Shown here: in pieces, positions 30,494 through 39,427 of the stretch | How positions within the stretch are numbered: position 1 is the first letter of the stretch | How the letters are laid out: each line of letters starts with the position of its first letter | Assembly: GCA_043797815.1 (NCBI GenBank) | Contig: JAZDPG010000107.1 | Coordinates: 5,252 to 69,251 of the forward strand | Direction of reading: 5' to 3' | From: Bacteroidota bacterium | GTDB taxonomy: Bacteria; Bacteroidota; Bacteroidia; Bacteroidales; GCA-2748055 | Length of the DNA stretch: 64,000 bases | Made by a program: the position numbers and the translations under genes | Notes under the pieces: generated by a model | Seen by the model: only the letters and a program-made list of their open reading frames with translations | What the model was told of the DNA's origin: nothing | Databases searched by the model: none

Positions 30494-30852
30494 GAATCGA
30501 CAAATACCTCTGGGCGGTAAGGGTGTACAAAACCCGTTCCCTGGCAGCCGACGCCTGCAAAAAGGGAAAGGTAAGCGTCGATGAGATGCCGGCCAAAGCC
30601 TCCCGTACTGTCACCGCAGGCGATCTGATCAGGGTGAAAAAGATGCCGGTTGTTTACTCCTACCGGGTCAAAGACCCCATCGAAAAACGGGTGGGTGCCA
30701 AAATCGTGGACAATTACGTGGAAAACATCACCCCGGAGGAGGAGCTGCAAAAACTCAGGATGGAGGACGATTTCTTCATCCAGCGCGACCGCGGAACCGG
30801 CCGCCCCACCAAAAAAGAGAGGCGGTTGCTGGACGATATTACCGACAATTAA
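30478..30852 (+). CDS. hslR: Ribosome-associated heat shock protein Hsp15 (S4 domain)
   Basis: RIDKYLWAVRVYKTRS, GTGRPTKKERR. Confidence 0.92.
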   Translation: MAKTVRIDKYLWAVRVYKTRSLAADACKKGKVSVDEMPAKASRTVTAGDLIRVKKMPVVYSYRVKDPIEKRVGAKIVDNYVENITPEEELQKLRMEDDFFIQRDRGTGRPTKKERRLLDDITDN

Positions 30853-30892
30853 TTCATCAACCCCTGGAAATTACCAGGAAACTCCAAGAAGA

Positions 30893-31330
30893 ATGACCCA
30901 CGTGTTTATTGACCCGGATGTTTTACTGGATGTGGTAACCGGAAGGCTCCCTTTCTCGAAAGAAGCTGGTGCGCTTTTTACACTAATTGAGAAAAATCAA
31001 TTGAAAGGATATGCCTCAGCGCTGAGTTTCAGTAATATTTATTATGTACTGCGTAAGCATGCGTCACATTCCAGGGTGATAAAAAGCCTGAATGAATTAT
31101 CAGACCTTGTTGACATACTGCAAGTGGATCAGTCCATTGTGAAGACCGCGCTTCAATCGGGGTTTGGTGATTTTGAGGATGCCCTCCGATGTTATGCAGC
31201 CCAGTCTAACCCTGAGATTAAAATGATCATTACAAGAAATACCAAAGACTTTAAGAAGTCTGACTTACCCGCGATGACCCCGAATACCTTTCTGAAAACG
31301 GTTGCCCTATTGGGCCAGTCCGCCGACTGA
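30893..31330 (+). CDS. PIN-domain (VapC-like) protein with no adjacent antitoxin
   Basis: Start re-called at ATG 30893; VFIDPDVLLD, DFEDA, ITRNTKDF; low GC. Confidence 0.8.
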   Translation: MTHVFIDPDVLLDVVTGRLPFSKEAGALFTLIEKNQLKGYASALSFSNIYYVLRKHASHSRVIKSLNELSDLVDILQVDQSIVKTALQSGFGDFEDALRCYAAQSNPEIKMIITRNTKDFKKSDLPAMTPNTFLKTVALLGQSAD

Positions 31331-31344
31331 ACGGCGCTCCTTCC

Positions 31345-31505
31345 GCAGCAGCTCACCTCACGGACCAGTTCACCTCACACAGCAGCGCTCCTCACGCAGC
31401 AGCTCACCTCACGCAGCAGCGCTCCTCACGGACCAGTTCACCTCACGGACCAGTTCACCTCACGGACCAGCTCCCCTGCCGCATCAATGCCCCTGCCGCA
31501 TCAGT
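31345..31505. repeat. About 9 x 17-bp tandem array grading into the acyltransferase stop codon
   Basis: Units GCAGCAGCTCACCTCAC / GGACCAGTTCACCTCAC / GCATCAATGCCCCTGCC at exact 17-bp spacing from 31345. Confidence 0.9.
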
Positions 31506-32869
31506 GCTTCGGTCTCACTGAGTATCTCCTTGCGCAGCGCGATCAGATCCCAGGCATGGGACTTTTTGCGCCTCAGCTGCCGGCGGAACCAGCTGCCGCG
31601 AACGGTCTTTTTCCAGCGCAGGTACCAGATCAGCGCCGCCTTCCCCACGGGAAGCAACAGGACCAAAAAAGCAAGCCACCCCCACCAGGGCAGGCCGGAT
31701 ATCAGCCCGAAGGCCAGGGTCTCCAGCACATAGATCAGCGGGAAAAGAAGCAGGATCCCCAGGCCCGCTTTCACCGAGCTGTGAAACTGCTCATCCTTGA
31801 TATTCCGCACCAAATAGCCCGGCAGCAGATAGGGAAGCGCGCTGGTGATAAAGCCAACTGCAAAAAGCGGGAAAGTGACAAGCAGCGACAGGTACCTCCA
31901 CAGGGCGCACACCATGCTGTAACCGCGGTCACGCACCACCCAGTCGCGGATCCCGTGCTCCTTCACCCCGGCCGTGTAGGCATCCACCCTGCCGGCCAGC
32001 GAGCGAACAGGCCCGGAATCCCTCTCAATCAGAGCATCCATACGGGCGATCAGCTCCTTGTCAGCCGTAAACCTGTCCATCAGCCTCGATCCCGGAATCC
32101 CCATGATCTCCCGCATCTGCGGGTTGAACATGGCCTTGAGTGCCATGATGGTTTCGTAAAACTCTTCGCTCTCAATATGGATCATCAGCGGGAGCATCTC
32201 CTCGGCCAGCCGGGCTTTCATGGCATTGATCCCGCGGGCATTGTTCTCCGCATACTGTTCCCAGTATTCGGAAACCTCAATGGGTTTGCCGTACTGGATC
32301 AGCAGGGTCTGGTTCTGCTTCACGTAGTGGCCCATGTCATATCCCACCGGAAGAATCTTCACAAAAGACCTGCTTCCCCGTTCCTCCTGGGCCTTGAAGG
32401 CGATCCGGAAAATCCCCTTGACTATGGTACGGAGCTTTCGCTGGTGGCCGTGGTTCCCTTCGGGCATCACGCAGAGGTAGTGCCGGTTGTGCAGCACATC
32501 CACCGAGATGTCAAAAATATCCGTGTTCTTCCCCAGATCGGCCGCACCGTCGCGCTGGCGGAATACCGGGAGCATCTTCATGCTGTTCAGAAAAAACGCC
32601 AGTACCCTGTTGCTGAATATATCCGCCCGTGCCAGGAAGACCACATCCCCGGGCTGCGAGAAGAGCAGGATCAGGGCATCCATCAGGGCATTCTGGTGGT
32701 TGGGTGCAAAAATGACCGGTTCGTTGCGCGGGATATTCTCCAGCCCCACTACCTCCACCTTCCCGTAAAACATGAAGAAAAAAGACCTCACATAGGGGTA
32801 GATCATGTAGTAGAACAAATTCCGCTTGTGAACGCCCTTCACCGCCCCCCGCACTTTCGATCTCGCCAT
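31484..32869 (-). CDS. PlsC-like phospholipid/glycerol acyltransferase with C-terminal membrane segments
   Basis: NHQNALMD, FLARAD, MPEG; start re-called at ATG 32869 because the -7 element TATCTTTG lies at 32894-32901. Confidence 0.85.
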   Translation of the reverse strand: MARSKVRGAVKGVHKRNLFYYMIYPYVRSFFFMFYGKVEVVGLENIPRNEPVIFAPNHQNALMDALILLFSQPGDVVFLARADIFSNRVLAFFLNSMKMLPVFRQRDGAADLGKNTDIFDISVDVLHNRHYLCVMPEGNHGHQRKLRTIVKGIFRIAFKAQEERGSRSFVKILPVGYDMGHYVKQNQTLLIQYGKPIEVSEYWEQYAENNARGINAMKARLAEEMLPLMIHIESEEFYETIMALKAMFNPQMREIMGIPGSRLMDRFTADKELIARMDALIERDSGPVRSLAGRVDAYTAGVKEHGIRDWVVRDRGYSMVCALWRYLSLLVTFPLFAVGFITSALPYLLPGYLVRNIKDEQFHSSVKAGLGILLLFPLIYVLETLAFGLISGLPWWGWLAFLVLLLPVGKAALIWYLRWKKTVRGSWFRRQLRRKKSHAWDLIALRKEILSETEALMRQGH

Positions 32870-32945
32870 ACAGGTATCAAATTGATCAGGAGTCAAAGAT
32901 AGTTTTTTCTTCAAAATACCATTTAATCACTTAACTTTGCAGTCA

Positions 32946-34058
32946 ATGAAACAGACACAGGAACTTGACAGTAAATACATCTGCGGCATCCAGCAGATCG
33001 GAGTGGGAGTATCCAATTTTTACGAAGGGTGGAAGTGGTACATCCCCAACTTCGGGATGGACACCCGGATTTTTGAAGAGAAGGCCGTTGCCGAATACAT
33101 GCTTCCCCATACGGACAACAAGCCGTGGGAACGGCACGCCTGCCTGGCCATGAACATGCAGGGCGGCGGCGGATTCGAGATCTGGCAGCACACCCAGCGC
33201 ACTCCCCTGGCCCCTGCTTTTGAGATCCGGATCGGCGACCTGGGCATCTTCGCCGGGAAGATCAAGTCGCCCGACGTACAGGCCGCCTACGACCATCTGT
33301 CCAAAAGTTCAGAGCTCCTGACAGGGATCGGCAAAGACCCGGCCGGCAGGGACACCTTCTATATGAAGGACCCCTTCAACAACATCTGGCAGATCGTGGA
33401 GGAACACTCCATGTTCATGACCAAATACAAAAAACCCACCGGCGGATCCTACGGTGCGGTGATCGGCACCACCGATCCGGACAGGGCCATGACCATCTAT
33501 AAGGACATCCTGGGATACGACAAGGTAGTCTATGACAAGGAGGGTACATTCGGGGAGCTGAAAGGGGTCCCGGGGGGAGAAGGTAAATTCAGAAGGATCC
33601 TGCTGCAGCATTCCGAAGCCCGCAAAGGGCCCTTTTCCAGGCTCTTCGGTCCCTCCGAAATCGAACTGGTAAAATCGCTGGGCCGCAAGCCCGAAAAGAT
33701 CTTCAAGAACCGCATCTGGGGCGACCTGGGCTTCATTCACCTCTGTTTTGACGTGCTGGGCATGAAGGTGCTGAAGAAAGAGTGCAGCACAAAAGGGTAC
33801 CCCTTCACCGTGGACTCGGACATCCACCCGTCGGGCAAACCCTTTGATATGGGAGAGGCTGCGGGGCACTTCTCCTACATCGAGGACCATGACGGGACAC
33901 TCATCGAATTCGTGGAGACCCACAAGGTACCCATCTCCAAAAAGCTGGGATGGTATGTCAACCTCTGGAAACGCAGGGAGGTGACCCGGCCCCTGGCCAA
34001 CAGGCTGGTGAAACTGATGCGCTTCATGAAGGTGAACCCTGCCCGGTTGCACGGATAA
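32946..34058 (+). CDS. VOC (glyoxalase-like) family protein, two domains
   Basis: GIQQIGVGV, FEIWQ, DPFNN, HLCFD, GTLIEFVE; TAACTTTG at 32932-32939. Confidence 0.8.
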   Translation: MKQTQELDSKYICGIQQIGVGVSNFYEGWKWYIPNFGMDTRIFEEKAVAEYMLPHTDNKPWERHACLAMNMQGGGGFEIWQHTQRTPLAPAFEIRIGDLGIFAGKIKSPDVQAAYDHLSKSSELLTGIGKDPAGRDTFYMKDPFNNIWQIVEEHSMFMTKYKKPTGGSYGAVIGTTDPDRAMTIYKDILGYDKVVYDKEGTFGELKGVPGGEGKFRRILLQHSEARKGPFSRLFGPSEIELVKSLGRKPEKIFKNRIWGDLGFIHLCFDVLGMKVLKKECSTKGYPFTVDSDIHPSGKPFDMGEAAGHFSYIEDHDGTLIEFVETHKVPISKKLGWYVNLWKRREVTRPLANRLVKLMRFMKVNPARLHG

Positions 34059-34070
34059 ATCTGCTGGTTT

Positions 34071-34115
34071 TTAAACCTGAAAATATGTGTTTTAATTTGA
34101 ATATTTCAGGTTTAA
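34071..34115. promoter_or_regulatory. Inverted repeat directly upstream of the AAA ATPase (operator or terminator)
   Basis: TTAAACCTGAAA(34071)...TTTCAGGTTTAA(34115). Confidence 0.6.
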
Positions 34116-34131
34116 TGCGCATCTTTACATC

Positions 34132-35307
34132 ATGATACCAAGGCTTCTTACCGATAGTTTGCTTGAATCCATCCGTTTTTTCCCGGTCACAGGGATTGTT
34201 GGTCCCCGGCAGGTTGGAAAAACAACCCTTGCAAAACATCTTATGAAAAAAACCGGGAAGGATTCTGTGTATGTGGACCTGGAGAATCCTAAGGATCTGG
34301 CCATGTTGAGTGATCCGGTATTGTTCTTTGAGCAGAACCAGGAGCGTTGTGTTGTTCTTGATGAAATCCAGAGAAAACCCGAGCTTTTTCCTATTCTTCG
34401 TTCCATGGTTGATCTGAACCGCACCAGTGCACGTTTCATCATCCTTGGATCGGCCTCTCCGGATTTGATCAGAGACTCATCCGAATCTCTGGCCGGGCGT
34501 ATTGTTTATGAAGAACTTACGCCCTTTAACCTGGAAGAGGTAATCCACATGAAGGATATCTTTTTTCACTGGTTCAACGGGGGTTTTCCGGATTCCTTTC
34601 TTGCACCCGGTGATTCTGTCAGGAAAAAGTGGTTGTCAGGATTCGTTCAAACCTATATTGAACGGGACCTTCCCTTGCTCGGATTAAATATCGATCGCAC
34701 CATCATCAGAAGGCTGTGGACCATGCTGGCACATCTGCATGGTAATGTGCTGAACATGAACAACCTTTCACGCTCCCTTGAAGTGAGTTCAACAAGCATC
34801 AAGAAATACATTGCATTTCTTGAGGAGGCATTCCTGGTGAGACAATTGCAGCCCTTCCATGTGAACATCAAAAAGAGAATTGTCAAATCTCCCAAGGTGT
34901 ATATCAGAGATTCAGGGATTCTTCATCATTTGCTCCATATTCCGGATTATAAGTCACTTATGTCGAACCCTGTTGTAGGGGCTTCCTGGGAAGGATATGC
35001 CATTGAACAAATTGTTCAGCGGACCGGCCCTGAAACCGGTGTCTACTTCTTCAGAACCCATGAGGGGGCCGAATGTGATCTGGTGCTTGCGAAGGGCAAC
35101 ATACCAACCATGGCCATCGAAATTAAATTTACCTCCACTCCAAGGCTTTCACGGGGGCTGACCATGGCTTTCGGGGATGTGAATGCCCCGGAGAATTTCA
35201 TTATTACACCTGCAACGGAGGACTATCTGATCGGGACTCATACCCGGGTTTGCTGCCTGGAACTTTTTCTGCAAAAATATCTACACGCAAGTTCAACCAT
35301 CGCATGA
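34132..35307 (+). CDS. AAA_14 ATPase with DUF4143 domain
   Basis: GPRQVGKTT, LDEIQ, LGSAS, ESLAGR, GGFP, KSPKVY..DSG, ECDLV..AIEIK. Confidence 0.88.
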   Translation: MIPRLLTDSLLESIRFFPVTGIVGPRQVGKTTLAKHLMKKTGKDSVYVDLENPKDLAMLSDPVLFFEQNQERCVVLDEIQRKPELFPILRSMVDLNRTSARFIILGSASPDLIRDSSESLAGRIVYEELTPFNLEEVIHMKDIFFHWFNGGFPDSFLAPGDSVRKKWLSGFVQTYIERDLPLLGLNIDRTIIRRLWTMLAHLHGNVLNMNNLSRSLEVSSTSIKKYIAFLEEAFLVRQLQPFHVNIKKRIVKSPKVYIRDSGILHHLLHIPDYKSLMSNPVVGASWEGYAIEQIVQRTGPETGVYFFRTHEGAECDLVLAKGNIPTMAIEIKFTSTPRLSRGLTMAFGDVNAPENFIITPATEDYLIGTHTRVCCLELFLQKYLHASSTIA

Positions 35308-37091
35308 ATATCGCCCGCTTTCAAAACCGCCTCCAAATCCGTATCCTGCACCTGGTCAGGAACATCAACCAGCGGCGGCTGATCCTGGGGCTTGCCCTGG
35401 TGATCGGGTTTATGTCGGGGATTGCGGCCATCTTGCTCAAGAACCTCACCCATTTCGTGGAGGACAAATCGAAGTCGTGGCTGCTGGGCGACCACAGCTC
35501 CGAGCTCTCCTTTTTCCTGCCCCTGGCGGGGATCGGGCTTACGGTGGCGTTTGTGAAATACCTGCTGAAAGAGGACATCGGGCACGGGGTGAGCAAGATT
35601 CTCTTCTCCATCTCCAAACGGAAAGGGCACCTGAAACCGCACAACACCTGGTCGTCCATGGTGGCCAGCTCCATTACCGTGGGACTGGGCGGATCGGTGG
35701 GGCTTGAGGCGCCCATCGTGCTCACGGGCGCATCCATCGGCTCCAACCTGGGCCGCAAACTCAGGCTCAACTACAAAACCATCGTACTGCTGGTAGGGTG
35801 CGGCGCCGCCGGTGCCATCGCCGGGATCTTCAAGGCCCCCATTGCCGCCATGATCTTTGCCTTCGAGGTGCTCATGCTCGATCTGACCACCTGGTCCATC
35901 GTCCCCCTGCTGCTGGCCTCGGTCACCGCCACCACGGTCTCCTATTTCCTGCTGGGCGAACAGGTTGTATTCTCCTTTACCATCAGCGAACCCTTTGTGC
36001 TGAACAACCTCCCCTTTTACATCCTGCTGGGCGTACTGAGCGGACTGATCTCCCTTTACTTCACCCGCATGAACACCTATGTGGAATCGGCCATGGGCAA
36101 GATGAAAAACACCCTGGTGCGGACCCTTACCAGCGGACTGCTGCTGAGCCTGCTGATCTTTTTAATGCCCCACCTGTTCGGGGAGGGGTACATGACCCTG
36201 AAAACCTTGCTTACGGGACACTCCCTGGAGCTTTTCGACGGCACCCTTTTTGAGAACCTGGTGGGAAACCAGGGGATCTACATGATCCTTTTCTTCCTGC
36301 TGCTGATCCTGTTCAAGGTGATCGCCATGGCCATCACCACGGGCGGCGGCGGGGTTGGCGGGATCTTCGCCCCTGCCCTGTTCGTGGGGGGGATGACCGG
36401 TGCCACCCTGAGCCGGGCCATCAACCTGATTGCCCCGGAGAAAGTCTCCGAAAACAACTTCGCCCTGGTGGGCATGGCGGGTGTCATGGCCGGGGTGATG
36501 CATGCCCCCCTGACCGCCATCTTCCTCATTGCCGAGATCACCGGGGGCTACGCCCTGTTCATCCCCCTGATCATCACCGCCACCCTTTCGTACGTGACCA
36601 TCCTGGGATTTGAGCGGCAGAGCATCTACACCATGCGGCTGGCCAAGCGGGGCGAACTGATGACCCACGACAAGGACAAGAACGTGCTGAGCATCCTCTC
36701 GGTGCAGGAGGTGCTCGAAACCGACTTCAAAAAAGTGAATGCCGACGGCAAGCTGGCCGACCTGATCAAAGCCATCTCCAAGTCGAAACGGAACATCTTC
36801 CCCGTCCTGAACGAAGAAAAAGAGCTGGAGGGGATCATCAGCCTGGACGACATCCGCGACATCGTGTTCAACACCGAGCTGTACCAGAAAGTGACCGTCC
36901 GCGAACTGATGCAGACCCCGCCCGCCGTGATCGACCGCGACGAAAAGATGGGAAAGGTCCTGGAGCTTTTCGAAACCACCGGCGCCTGGAACCTCCCGGT
37001 CACCGAAAACGGCAAATACAAAGGCTTCATCTCCCGCTCCAAGATCTTCTCCTCCTACCGCAAGCTGCTCAGGGAGTTTTCGGATGACTAG
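35304..37091 (+). CDS. ClC chloride channel/antiporter with CBS domains
   Basis: GHGV, GSVGLEAP, GIFKAP, GGIFAP, tandem CBS; start re-called at 35304. Confidence 0.92.
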   Translation: MNIARFQNRLQIRILHLVRNINQRRLILGLALVIGFMSGIAAILLKNLTHFVEDKSKSWLLGDHSSELSFFLPLAGIGLTVAFVKYLLKEDIGHGVSKILFSISKRKGHLKPHNTWSSMVASSITVGLGGSVGLEAPIVLTGASIGSNLGRKLRLNYKTIVLLVGCGAAGAIAGIFKAPIAAMIFAFEVLMLDLTTWSIVPLLLASVTATTVSYFLLGEQVVFSFTISEPFVLNNLPFYILLGVLSGLISLYFTRMNTYVESAMGKMKNTLVRTLTSGLLLSLLIFLMPHLFGEGYMTLKTLLTGHSLELFDGTLFENLVGNQGIYMILFFLLLILFKVIAMAITTGGGGVGGIFAPALFVGGMTGATLSRAINLIAPEKVSENNFALVGMAGVMAGVMHAPLTAIFLIAEITGGYALFIPLIITATLSYVTILGFERQSIYTMRLAKRGELMTHDKDKNVLSILSVQEVLETDFKKVNADGKLADLIKAISKSKRNIFPVLNEEKELEGIISLDDIRDIVFNTELYQKVTVRELMQTPPAVIDRDEKMGKVLELFETTGAWNLPVTENGKYKGFISRSKIFSSYRKLLREFSDD

Positions 37092-37848
37092 TCCGGGTGT
37101 ATCTCTTCCGGGTTAATTCGAGTAACCCGTTTATAATGGTGAGCGGATGAACAGGGTTTCCGGCCATATACAGGTCAATTTTATATTTCGAAAGAAAACT
37201 CCGGTCAATGGCCGGGCTGCCGGCAAAGATCCCCCCGCTGATGGCATCGGTTCCTGCCAGGACAATGATTTTCGGGTCGGGCACGGCACGGTAGCAACGT
37301 TCGAGCGGTTCAGCCATATTCCCTGAAACGGGGCCGGTGATCAAAATACCATCGGCGTGGCGGGGCGAAGCAACAAAATCAATACCGAAGCGGCTCATGT
37401 CAAACTGTACATTGTTGCTTGCCGTTAATTCCCATTCACAACTGTTATCACCACCGGCAGATACATGCCTTAATTTTAGCGATTGTCCAAAGGTTCTTCT
37501 TATTTCTCCCCTGATTTTTTCAGGGTCGAGCAGGAGCGGCTTATCGACACCTTCGTAAATCAGGAGCCGTTCCCTGTCATTGGTGGATAACTTATAATCC
37601 TTTGTGAAAGACACCTTGGCAGGAAACTGAACGGCACATTCGCCACAGAAAGTGCATTTGCCAAGGTCGATACAAAAAGGGGAAGCCGTAATTGCACCGG
37701 TCGGGCAAAGCTCCACCGCCGCTTTTTCATCCACCTGAATTGTTGAAATTACCGGGCGGCCGCGAAATATCCCGGGTACTTCCGCTTTCGTTACATCCGG
37801 AATGAACTGTTTTCCCTGGTGCCATACTATTTTTACATTGTCAAACAT
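37069..37848 (-). CDS. Ehr/hydrogenase-4-like small subunit: ferredoxin fused to NuoB/HyfI domain, with Cys ligands substituted
   Basis: CPTGAI, CTFCGEC; SPRHADGILITGP; GGDNSCE, GTDAISGG, AGNPVHP. Confidence 0.85.
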   Translation of the reverse strand: MFDNVKIVWHQGKQFIPDVTKAEVPGIFRGRPVISTIQVDEKAAVELCPTGAITASPFCIDLGKCTFCGECAVQFPAKVSFTKDYKLSTNDRERLLIYEGVDKPLLLDPEKIRGEIRRTFGQSLKLRHVSAGGDNSCEWELTASNNVQFDMSRFGIDFVASPRHADGILITGPVSGNMAEPLERCYRAVPDPKIIVLAGTDAISGGIFAGSPAIDRSFLSKYKIDLYMAGNPVHPLTIINGLLELTRKRYTRTSHPKTP

Positions 37849-37866
37849 GGAGGTTTATTTTAGGGT

Positions 37867-39384
37867 TTACAGGTCGTGACCGCAATAAGAAAGGTTAAAA
37901 CTTTTATTGCACACCGGGAAATCCGATATTTCGTTGTTCCGCACAGCCTGCGCCAGGGCCATCCAGTTGTGGTGCGAGGGATCCTTGATTTTATAAGCCT
38001 TCAGTTTTCCATTTTCATCCGTCATGGCACAATGGCATATTTCGCCACGCCAGCCTTCAACCAGCGCTAAGGTGAATTTCTCTTTTCCCGCGGCAAACCC
38101 GGTGTTTCCAGACCCGGTGTTCCCGGGTTTACCAAAGGGGGGAATGTTTTCGAGCAGGTGGCGGCAATAACCTATAGACTGGGAAATTTCCTCACGGCGG
38201 ATGAGTGTCCTGGACAAAACATCGCCCTGGTGCATGATAACCGGGTTGTGGCGGATGGTCGCCTGATACATGTTAAAAGGATGCGATTTCCGGATGTCCC
38301 TTTCCAGGCCGCTCATCCGGGCAGACATCCCAACGGTTCCAATTTCCAGTACCTGCTGGTAATTCACAATTCCCGTACGTTCCAGTCTTGCCAAAACACT
38401 TGGAAGCTGAAAAAATTTCCCGGACATTTCGTTAAAGTCACGTTCATAGGCATCAAAGATATCCAACAGCCTTGCGGACAATTCTTCCGAAAAAGGATCA
38501 TTTATTTTGCCGGGCCTGATCAGCCCTTTCGCCAGGCGGTTTCCGCCCCACTCCTGGAAAAAATTAACGATGGGTGTACGCAGCCTGCCATACACCGAAT
38601 TCCCCAGCTGGTAGGCAATATCTGCACAGATGGCAGCCAGGTCGCCGGTATGGATGGCTATTCGTTCCAGCTCCAGGGCCAGGGTGCGTGAAAAATGAAG
38701 CGATTCACCCGTTTCTGTTTCACAAAGGCTTTCCCAGAGGTTTGCAAAAGCAGTGGCATGTCCGACGGTTGTGTCGCCGGCAATATTTTCGGCAAGGGTA
38801 GCCCGTTGCAACAGCCTCTCTTTTTGAAGAAACAACTGTTCAATTCCCCGGTGCTGGTATCCCAGCTGGATTTCGAGATGAAGGATCTGTTCCCCGTTGC
38901 ATATAAAACGGAAATGGCCGGGTTCAATAATACCGGCATGAATGGGGCCGACACCCACTTCATGCAACTCCTCACTTTCTGCCCGGTAAAAAGGGTAACC
39001 GGCCATTTGTTGTTGCTTATCCCACCTGTTGTGGCTGTACCGCACGGGCTTTAACCAGGGATGATCGGTATATTCAATACCAAAATTTTCGGCAATTTCG
39101 CGTTCAAATTTCTCAAAATTATAATTCCGGAATGTCAGTGATGGCAACTTCCCATCCCTGCTGACAAGCGAAGAATTTATATGTATTTCATGCGTGGTAT
39201 CATCAGCAATACAACAATACAGTCTGATCTGCCGGTGTTCCTTCACCCCGAAATAATTCACACAATGGCGTTCCGGATGTCCTGTTAACAAAGCTGCATT
39301 GTCATCAAGGAATTCCCGGTAGTTCAGAACAGGGATCTCTTTGATATCAGCGGTCTGATTGTTATGTATGGTACAATATCGCAT
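37867..39384 (-). CDS. Ehr/HyfG-like large subunit (NuoC+NuoD fusion) lacking NiFe-binding CxxC motifs
   Basis: Start re-called at ATG 39384; FEREIAE, VGPIHAGIIEPGHFRF, GYQHRG, ENIAGDT, VEGWRGE, SFNLSYCGHDL. Confidence 0.88.
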   Translation of the reverse strand: MRYCTIHNNQTADIKEIPVLNYREFLDDNAALLTGHPERHCVNYFGVKEHRQIRLYCCIADDTTHEIHINSSLVSRDGKLPSLTFRNYNFEKFEREIAENFGIEYTDHPWLKPVRYSHNRWDKQQQMAGYPFYRAESEELHEVGVGPIHAGIIEPGHFRFICNGEQILHLEIQLGYQHRGIEQLFLQKERLLQRATLAENIAGDTTVGHATAFANLWESLCETETGESLHFSRTLALELERIAIHTGDLAAICADIAYQLGNSVYGRLRTPIVNFFQEWGGNRLAKGLIRPGKINDPFSEELSARLLDIFDAYERDFNEMSGKFFQLPSVLARLERTGIVNYQQVLEIGTVGMSARMSGLERDIRKSHPFNMYQATIRHNPVIMHQGDVLSRTLIRREEISQSIGYCRHLLENIPPFGKPGNTGSGNTGFAAGKEKFTLALVEGWRGEICHCAMTDENGKLKAYKIKDPSHHNWMALAQAVRNNEISDFPVCNKSFNLSYCGHDL

Positions 39385-39427
39385 GGCTGTTATTGGATAA
39401 GATATCGCATGGCTGTTATTGGATAAG
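39376..39427. repeat. Exact 26-bp tandem duplication of the hyfF-stop/hyfG-start junction
   Basis: ATATCGCATGGCTGTTATTGGATAAG at 39376 and 39402. Confidence 0.95.

Noticed and set aside
31487-32902. 471-aa + strand ORF, and similar long antisense ORFs (15915-17078, 39419-40528, 12625-13587, 9961-10905)
   Set aside because: Shadow frames of well-supported GC3-rich genes on the opposite strand; no recognisable motifs
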